Below are positions 57,621 to 64,000 of a stretch of 64,000 bases of DNA, in pieces (positions within the stretch are counted from its first letter, which is position 1; the number at the start of each line of letters is the position of its first letter). The stretch is from Candidatus Methylomirabilota bacterium (GTDB taxonomy: Bacteria > Methylomirabilota > Methylomirabilia > Rokubacteriales > CSP1-6), in contig DASXSB010000013.1 of NCBI GenBank assembly GCA_036506275.1, positions 65,393 to 129,392 on the forward strand, written 5' to 3'. The notes beneath the pieces are model-generated. The model saw nothing but the letters and a program-made list of their open reading frames with translations, did no database searches and was not told the DNA's origin. The position numbers and the translations under genes are program-made.

Positions 57621-59645
57621 TCAACGATCGAGCTGTTGCGCGAGCCCCTCACGATCGGTGACGGGAAAATCGCACGTGTAGTTCCGGCAGACATAGGCGG
57701 TGGCCTTCCCCCCCACCGCCTCCCGCCCGCTCAAGAGCGGCACGCCGGCGGCGGCGCCCGCGTCGCCGGCGACCATCCCGGTCACGACGCGGTTGGGGAG
57801 ATAGCGGCGGAAGACCTCGGTGGCGAGCGCGCGCGCACCATCGCCCTCGGCGGGGGCGACGATCGCGATCTCGACCACGGGACCGAGATGGAAGTCGAGT
57901 GCGGACAGAAAGCGACCGAAGCCGGACGGATAGCGCGTCATGAGGTCCGCGAGCGGACGCAGGGCTTTTTGCGCCGTTGTCGCGTAACGCTCCTCGCCCG
58001 TGAGAACGGCGAGGCGCAGGAGGACGTCGATGGCGACCGAGCTGCCGCAGGGCACGGCGTTGTCGAAGAGGTTGCGGGGGCGAACGACGAGCGCCTCGTG
58101 GTCGAGACCCGTGTCGTAGAAGCCCTCGACGGTGTCGTCCCAGAACAGCCGCCGCATTTCGTCGGCGAGACGACGGGCCTCGTCGAGCCGGCGCCGCTCG
58201 AACGTCACCTCGTACACGGCCAGCAGCGCCGACACGACCATCGCGTAGTCTTCGAGGTAGCCGAGCAGCTTCGCTTCTCCCGCGCGCCATGTGCGCAGGA
58301 GACGGCCGTCGCGCGTGAGGGCGGCGAGAACGAAGTCCACGTTGCGCACGGCCGCCGCCACGTAGTCGTCGCGACCGAGGGCGGCGCCCGCCTCCGCGAA
58401 GGCGCGGGCGGCGAGGCCGTTCCAGGACGCCAGCACCTTGTCGTCGCGTCCGGGATGCACGCGGCGCTCCCGCACCTCGAAGAGACGCCGGCGAATGTCG
58501 GCGACGCGTTCCGGTGCCGGCGCGCCCGCCACGTAGAGAATGTTCTTGCCCTCGAAGTTCGGCCCCCGATCGACGCCCCAGTAGGCGAGCGCGATCTGCG
58601 CCTCCGCCGGCGGAAGGGCGGCCCGGATCTCGTCCGCGCTCCACACGAAGAATTTCCCCTCGTGCCCTTCGGAGTCGGCGTCCTGGGCCGAATAGAACCC
58701 ACCGGAGGGATCGGTCATCTCGCGGAGGACGTAGTCGAGCGTCTCCTCCGCCACGCGGCGATACTCCGCATCGCCGAACGCGAGCCAGGCGTGGACGTAG
58801 AGGGACGCGAGCTGCGCGTTGTCGTAGAGCATCTTCTCGAAGTGCGGCACGAGCCAGTGGCGATCGACGGAGTAGCGGGCGAAACCGCCGCCGAGCTGAT
58901 CGTACATCCCGCCCCGCGCCATGCGGGTGAGCGTGGTCGTCACCATCGTGCGCGCGCGCTCGTTGCCGGTCCGCTTCCAGAAGCGCAGGAGGAAGTCCCA
59001 GTTCATCGGCTGCGGGAACTTCGGCGCGCCCCCGAGGCCGCCCTCGGCCTCGTCGAACTGCCCCGAGAATGCCTGGAAGGCGCCGAACAGCACCTCGTCC
59101 GTGAGGAGCTGCACGGAGCGGCGCAAGCGCTCCATCTGGTTGAGCTGAGCGCTGATCTGCTCGGACGACGCGAGAACCTCGCCGCGGCGCGAATCCCACG
59201 CGTCTGCAATGGCGGCGAGGAGCCGCGGAAAGCCGGGGATCCCGTGGCGGTCGTCGGGCGGGAAGTACGTTCCGCCGTAGAACGGCCGTCCCTCCGGGGT
59301 CAGGAAGACCGTCATCGGCCAGCCGCCCTGGCCCGTCATCGATTGCACGGCCTGCATGTAGATGTGGTCCACGTCCGGACGCTCCTCGCGGTCCACCTTC
59401 ACGTTCACGAAGTGGCGATTCATCACGGCCGCGATGTCCGGGTTCTCGAACGACTCGCGCTCCATGACGTGACACCAGTGGCAGGCGGAGTAACCGACGG
59501 AGAGCAGAATGGGCCGATCATCGGCGCGCGCGCGTGCGAAGGCGTCCTCGCCCCACGGATACCAGTCCACGGGGTTGTGCGCGTGCTGGAGCAGATAAGG
59601 GCTGGTCTCCCGCGCGAGGCGGTTCTCGGTACGGTGCTGCGCCAT
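57621..59645 (-). CDS. thioredoxin-domain (DUF255) protein YyaL-like with six-hairpin glycosidase-like domain
   Basis: The internal ATG ([36 protein letters not shown]) is the start. [14 protein letters not shown] is the Trx-like CxxC. The Arg-rich N-terminus of the 840-aa track ORF is spurious. Confidence 0.85.
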   Translation of the reverse strand: MAQHRTENRLARETSPYLLQHAHNPVDWYPWGEDAFARARADDRPILLSVGYSACHWCHVMERESFENPDIAAVMNRHFVNVKVDREERPDVDHIYMQAVQSMTGQGGWPMTVFLTPEGRPFYGGTYFPPDDRHGIPGFPRLLAAIADAWDSRRGEVLASSEQISAQLNQMERLRRSVQLLTDEVLFGAFQAFSGQFDEAEGGLGGAPKFPQPMNWDFLLRFWKRTGNERARTMVTTTLTRMARGGMYDQLGGGFARYSVDRHWLVPHFEKMLYDNAQLASLYVHAWLAFGDAEYRRVAEETLDYVLREMTDPSGGFYSAQDADSEGHEGKFFVWSADEIRAALPPAEAQIALAYWGVDRGPNFEGKNILYVAGAPAPERVADIRRRLFEVRERRVHPGRDDKVLASWNGLAARAFAEAGAALGRDDYVAAAVRNVDFVLAALTRDGRLLRTWRAGEAKLLGYLEDYAMVVSALLAVYEVTFERRRLDEARRLADEMRRLFWDDTVEGFYDTGLDHEALVVRPRNLFDNAVPCGSSVAIDVLLRLAVLTGEERYATTAQKALRPLADLMTRYPSGFGRFLSALDFHLGPVVEIAIVAPAEGDGARALATEVFRRYLPNRVVTGMVAGDAGAAAGVPLLSGREAVGGKATAYVCRNYTCDFPVTDREGLAQQLDR

Positions 59646-59653
59646 CAAATCCC

Positions 59654-60661
59654 CTACCGCGCAAAAGGCAAAGCGCTGACCTCGGCGGGGATGCGGGCAT
59701 CGCCGGCGAGCACGGTGACCGCAGTCCCGGGCTCCGCATACTCCCTCCGGACGAACGCGAGCGCAATGGGTTTCTCGAGGCCCGGCGACCACGCCGCGCT
59801 GGTGACGGCCCCGATCTCGCGGTCCGCCACGAACACGGGCGAGCCAGGATCGGGAACGCGGGTACCGGTCAAAATCAGACCACGGAGATGGCGATTCACG
59901 TGGCCGCGATCGCGGATGCGCACCACGACTTCCTGTCCCACGTAGCAGCCCTTGCCGTGGGAGACGAGGTGGGCGGCAGGAATTTCGGGAAGCAGCACGC
60001 GATCGTCGACGTCGTGACCGTAGAGCGCCGTGCCCGCCTCCACCCGCAGCGCGTCGAAGGCGGCGCCACCAAGCGGATGCGCGCCGGCGGCTAGGAGAGC
60101 GCCCCAGATGGCGGGGGCGTCGGCGGCGCGGCCGAGCAGCCACACTTCCGGGCCGCCGGTGTCGCCGCCGCCGCGCACGATCAACACCTCCGCCCCCGCC
60201 ACCACACCGCGCAGCGACGACCAGGGCGCGTCCGCCGAGCGAACGCCGGCGAGACGCTCCACGAGCGCGGGGCCTTCCGGCCCCACCACCATGAAAAGCG
60301 CCCTCTCGCCGGTGGCGTCGCGGAGATCGGCCTTCTCCGAGAAGAGATACGCGTCGAGCGCCTCCACCGTCTTGCCGCCCATGCCGGGCGGGGTGAGGAC
60401 GACGACGCGATCGTCGAGCACAAGGACACGCAGGAGCACGCGCACCTTGCCGTGGACGTCGAGCAGCGCCGCCGCGCAGCCCTCGCCGGGCGCGAGCGAC
60501 TTCACGTCGTTGCTGAGGAGCGCGTGCAGGAAAGAGGCGCGATCGCGGCCGGTCACCTCGACCACGCCGTCGGCGCTGCGATCCATGACGGCGGCGCTGC
60601 GACGGGCCGCGACGTAGTCGGCGGGCGGCCCGGCGACGTATTTGGCCGTGTCCTCGGACAT
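59654..60661 (-). CDS. ygfZ: folate-binding YgfZ/GcvT-like protein
   Basis: The signature KGCYVGQE is present in a GcvT-like fold; 335 aa. Confidence 0.8.
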   Translation of the reverse strand: MSEDTAKYVAGPPADYVAARRSAAVMDRSADGVVEVTGRDRASFLHALLSNDVKSLAPGEGCAAALLDVHGKVRVLLRVLVLDDRVVVLTPPGMGGKTVEALDAYLFSEKADLRDATGERALFMVVGPEGPALVERLAGVRSADAPWSSLRGVVAGAEVLIVRGGGDTGGPEVWLLGRAADAPAIWGALLAAGAHPLGGAAFDALRVEAGTALYGHDVDDRVLLPEIPAAHLVSHGKGCYVGQEVVVRIRDRGHVNRHLRGLILTGTRVPDPGSPVFVADREIGAVTSAAWSPGLEKPIALAFVRREYAEPGTAVTVLAGDARIPAEVSALPFAR

Positions 60662-60759
60662 GACGTCATTCTACATGCGCGCCGCGAAACCCACAGGCGC
60701 GCGGAAACACCCGCGCGATCAAGGTCTTGGCGGACGCTTGAATTCACCGCCCCGCTCCG

Positions 60760-63618
60760 GTGATGCTGTGGGCGCTGTACGCCATGCAAGCACGGCATCG
60801 TCCCCTCGTTCCCTTTCACCGCGCGGGGCGCGGTGTGCGCGGGTACGCGATCGCCGTCGCGAGCGTCGCCCTCGCCCTCGCTCTCACTCTGCTCCTGTGG
60901 CCGGTGCTCCATCGCAATCCGACGCCGTTGTTCTTCGCGGCGGTGATGGTGGCGGTGTGGGTCAGCGGGCTCGGCCCCGGCCTCGCCGCCGCCTTCCTCT
61001 CCGCGCTCACGGTGGAGTACTTCCTGGTGGAGCCGTTTTACGCCGTCCTCGTCAACCTCGAAGCCGCCGCTCGTCTCGCCATCTTCGCGGTGGTCGCGGT
61101 CTTGATCGATTCCCTCGTCACCGCGCGCCGGCAGGCGGAGGCGGAGCGGCGCGAGACGGACGTCACGCTCCAGGCGGTGGCGCAGGCCTCACCCGTCGCC
61201 ATCGTCGCCCTCGACGCCGATGACCGCGTCTGCATGTGGAGCGCGGGCGCCGAGCGCGTGTTCGGGTGGAGCGCCTTCGAGGTGATGGGCCGTCCCAATC
61301 CGATCGTCCTCGACCGTGCCGACGGCGAAACGCGCTGCCGGCGGCGGGATGGCAACCTTGTGGACGTGAGCGTGTGGTCGGCGCCGCTGGCGCCGGGCCA
61401 CGGCCCGCGCCGGCGGCTCCTCCTCCTCGCCGACGTCAGCACGCGCAAGCACGCGGAAGCGGAGCGCGAGCGGCTCCTGCGCGAGCGCGTGGCCCTCCTC
61501 GAGTCCACCGGACAGGGTGTCTTCGGCCTCGACGCCGACGGCCGCTGCACGTTCATCAACCGCGCCGGCGCCAACATGCTCGGCTACATGACGACGGAGG
61601 TGATCGGCAGCCGGCTCCACGATCTCATCCGTGCCCGCCGTCGCGACGATGCGCCGTTAGCGCGCGAGGAGAGCCCCGTGGACCGCGCGCTGCGGGCCGG
61701 CATCGCGAGCGACTCCGACGACGAGGTCGTGTGGCGCCGCGACGGCTCCTCGTTCCCCGCTCATTACGCGTGTGCGCCCATCATCGCGGGCGGCGTCATC
61801 GAGGGCGCCGTCGTCACCTTCACGGACATCACCGAGCGCAAACGCGCCGAGGTCGGCCGCATGCATCTGCTCGCACAGGCCCAGGGCGCGCGCGCGGAGG
61901 CGGAGGCGGGAGAGCGCCGCGCCGCCTTCCTCGCGCGCGCGAGCGCCAAGCTGGCGGGGTCGCTCGACTACGAGACCGCGCTCACGCGCGTGGCGCGGAT
62001 GGCGGTGGGAGAGATCGCCGACTGGTGCGCGGTGGACGTGCGGGGCGAGGGGGGATCGCTTCACCACGTCGTCCTCGCCCACGTCGACGAGGCACGGGAG
62101 CGAGCCGCGCGCGCCCTCCTCGCCACCGTCCCCGCCGGCGAGAACGCCAACCATCCGATGGCGCGCGTGATCCGCACCGGGAAGCCGGCGCTCCACGCCG
62201 AGGTCTCGGACGCCGATCTCGCGCTGATCGCGAGCGATCCCCAGCAGCTCGTCTTTCTCCGCTCCCTCGGCCTCGTCTCCGCCGTCGTCGTCCCTCTCGT
62301 CGCGCGCCGCAAGGTGCTGGGCGCGCTCACGCTCGCCACCGACGTCTCCGGCCGGCGCTACGACGACGCGGACCTCGCCGTCGCCGAGCAGCTCGCGCGC
62401 CGCGCCGCCCTCGCCATCGACAACGCGCGCCTCTATCGCGAGGCCCGCGCCGCCCGCGAGGACGCCGAGGTGGCCAACCGCGCCAAGGATCACTTCCTCG
62501 CCATCCTCTCCCACGAGCTGCGCACGCCCCTCAACGCCATGGTGGGATGGGTGCGCCTGCTCCAGACGGGCAAGCTGGACGGGCCCGGGGCGCGGCGCGC
62601 CCTGGACACCATCGACCGCAACATGAAGCTCCAGGCGAAGCTCATCGAGGATCTGCTCGACGTCTCCGCGATCATCGCGGGCAAGGCGCAGCTCGACGTC
62701 CGCCCCGTCGACGTGGGGCCCGCCGTGACCGCGCTCGTGGAGGGCTTCCGGCCGGCGGCGGAGGCGAAGAGCATCCACCTGGAGACGGTGCTCGTCGCCG
62801 GCGGCGTCGTCGTCGCCGACCCCGCCCGCCTCCACCAGATGCTGTCGAACCTCGTCTCCAACGCCATCAAGTTCACGCCCGACAACGGCCGCATCGTCGT
62901 GACCCTCGAGCGGCGCGGGGGAAACGCCGCCATCATCGTGAGCGACACCGGCGTCGGCATCCGTGCCGAATCGCTGCCGCTGGTCTTCGATCGTTTCCGC
63001 CAGGCGGAGACCGGCTCGCGCCGCACCCCGGGCGGCCTCGGGCTCGGGCTCGCCATCGTCCGTCACCTCACGGCGCTCCATGGCGGCACCGTCGACGCCG
63101 ACAGCGCGGGACCGGGACGCGGCGCCACCTTCACGATCACGCTGCCGTTGATCGCCGCCGTCGACGCCGCGCCCTCCCCCGCCCGCGGCACCGTCACCAC
63201 CGCCGTCGCCTTCGATTGCCCGCCCCTCCTGCGCGGACTCCGCGTACTCGTCGTCGACGACGAGCCGGACGCGCGGGAGCTGATCGCGGAAGTCCTCGAG
63301 CAGTGCAACGCCGCCGTCAGCAGCGCGGCGTCGGTGCGGGAGGCGCTCGCCGAGGTCGAGCGCCTGCGCCCGCACGTGGTGCTGAGCGACATCGGCATGC
63401 CGGGCGAAGACGGCTACGATCTGATCCGCGAGCTGCGGGCGCGCGAGAAGGAGGGAGGGCGACGCACGCCCGCCCTCGCCGTCACTGCCTTCGCGTCGCC
63501 CGAGGACCGCCAGCGCGCGCTGAGCGCCGGCTACGACCTCCACCTCCCGAAGCCCGTCGATCCGCCGGAGCTGGTGGAGGTGGTCGCGAAGCTCGCCGGT
63601 CGTGCCCGCGTCGCCTGA
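60760..63618 (+). CDS. hybrid sensor histidine kinase: KdpD-like TM sensor (DUF4118)-PAS-PAS-GAF-HisKA-HATPase-REC
   Basis: An N-terminal 4-TM region is followed by two PAS-like regions and a GAF region. HisKA LSHELRTPLN, HATPase DTGVGI...GGLGLGLAIV and a C-terminal receiver VLVVDDEPD...DIGMPGEDG are present. Confidence 0.85.
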   Translation: MMLWALYAMQARHRPLVPFHRAGRGVRGYAIAVASVALALALTLLLWPVLHRNPTPLFFAAVMVAVWVSGLGPGLAAAFLSALTVEYFLVEPFYAVLVNLEAAARLAIFAVVAVLIDSLVTARRQAEAERRETDVTLQAVAQASPVAIVALDADDRVCMWSAGAERVFGWSAFEVMGRPNPIVLDRADGETRCRRRDGNLVDVSVWSAPLAPGHGPRRRLLLLADVSTRKHAEAERERLLRERVALLESTGQGVFGLDADGRCTFINRAGANMLGYMTTEVIGSRLHDLIRARRRDDAPLAREESPVDRALRAGIASDSDDEVVWRRDGSSFPAHYACAPIIAGGVIEGAVVTFTDITERKRAEVGRMHLLAQAQGARAEAEAGERRAAFLARASAKLAGSLDYETALTRVARMAVGEIADWCAVDVRGEGGSLHHVVLAHVDEARERAARALLATVPAGENANHPMARVIRTGKPALHAEVSDADLALIASDPQQLVFLRSLGLVSAVVVPLVARRKVLGALTLATDVSGRRYDDADLAVAEQLARRAALAIDNARLYREARAAREDAEVANRAKDHFLAILSHELRTPLNAMVGWVRLLQTGKLDGPGARRALDTIDRNMKLQAKLIEDLLDVSAIIAGKAQLDVRPVDVGPAVTALVEGFRPAAEAKSIHLETVLVAGGVVVADPARLHQMLSNLVSNAIKFTPDNGRIVVTLERRGGNAAIIVSDTGVGIRAESLPLVFDRFRQAETGSRRTPGGLGLGLAIVRHLTALHGGTVDADSAGPGRGATFTITLPLIAAVDAAPSPARGTVTTAVAFDCPPLLRGLRVLVVDDEPDARELIAEVLEQCNAAVSSAASVREALAEVERLRPHVVLSDIGMPGEDGYDLIRELRAREKEGGRRTPALAVTAFASPEDRQRALSAGYDLHLPKPVDPPELVEVVAKLAGRARVA

Positions 63619-63640
63619 GGCGCGTGCTAGACTCGCCGTC

Positions 63641-64000
63641 GTGCGGGCGTACGATCCACGGACCGTGGCCGCCTTCCAGCGGCGGCTCCTCCGGTGGTAC
63701 GCTCGCCATGGCCGCGACCTGCCGTGGCGCCGCACGCGCCGACCCTACCGCGTTCTGGTCTCCGAGGTCATGCTCCAGCAGACGCAGGTCGAGCGCGTGC
63801 TACCGAAGTACCGCGAGTTCCTCCGCCACTACCCGACGATGAAGCGGCTGGCGGCGGCACCGGTGGAGGACGTGCGCCGTCTCTGGTACCCGCTCGGCTA
63901 CAACGCGCGCCCGATCCGCCTGCACGCGATCGCGCGCGAGACCGTCGCGCGCTACCGCGGCCGTCTTCCCGCCGATGCCGAGCGCCTTCGCGCACTGCCC
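63641..64000 (+). CDS. mutY: adenine DNA glycosylase MutY (HhH-GPD), N-terminal fragment at window edge
   Basis: Hand translation from GTG 63641 gives VRAYDPRTVAAFQRRLLRWYARHGRDLPWRRTRRPYRVLVSEVMLQQTQVERVLPKY...WYPLGYNARP. The gene runs off the window end. Confidence 0.7.
   Translation, partial: MRAYDPRTVAAFQRRLLRWYARHGRDLPWRRTRRPYRVLVSEVMLQQTQVERVLPKYREFLRHYPTMKRLAAAPVEDVRRLWYPLGYNARPIRLHAIARETVARYRGRLPADAERLRALP

Noticed and set aside
1-64000. Search for CRISPR arrays, tRNA/rRNA genes, transposases/integrases and phage genes
   Set aside because: No direct-repeat/spacer periodicity, no cloverleaf-like tRNA candidates noticed, and no IS or integrase-like translations. The only repeat structures are the 2092-2237 inverted repeat and the low-complexity coding repeats.

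Overview
This is a high-GC (about 70%), densely coding bacterial chromosomal segment with roughly 65 protein-coding genes and no rRNA, tRNA, CRISPR array or transposase. Many of the long ORFs in the track are Arg-rich antisense artefacts of the GC content. Genes were called from recognisable protein family motifs in the translations and from start/stop overlaps that indicate translational coupling. Housekeeping content includes a riboswitch-controlled thiS-thiG-thiE-thiO operon, moeA, a family B DNA polymerase, tldD/pmbA, tatD, pepT, uppP, an acyl-CoA synthetase, ygfZ, a mutY fragment, an MscS channel, an ABC-2 exporter, a NiCoT metal transporter and three hybrid sensor kinases. The most interesting observations are: (1) two genes with an in-frame TGA at the redox-active cysteine position, a DsbA/FrnE-like thioredoxin-fold protein (UxxC) and a rhodanese co-operonic with moeA, which makes selenocysteine usage likely; (2) an eight-gene translationally coupled operon that looks like an undescribed polar-lipid headgroup or compatible-solute pathway (HAD phosphatase, nucleotidyltransferase, ATP-grasp ligase, class III aminotransferase, Gfo/Idh/MocA oxidoreductase, nucleotidyltransferase-fused CDP-alcohol phosphatidyltransferase, CopD/CtaG-like membrane protein, LPG-synthase-type flippase domain); (3) a thrC-like PLP enzyme with a MoaD/ThiS-like GG-terminal carrier and a NIL-domain protein, behind a promoter carrying a perfect palindrome; (4) a TPP riboswitch with an SD-sequestering hairpin; (5) a 32-bp near-perfect inverted repeat enclosing about 75 nt; and (6) a lower-GC islet carrying an ABM-like gene and a small gene with a peptidoglycan-binding-like motif.
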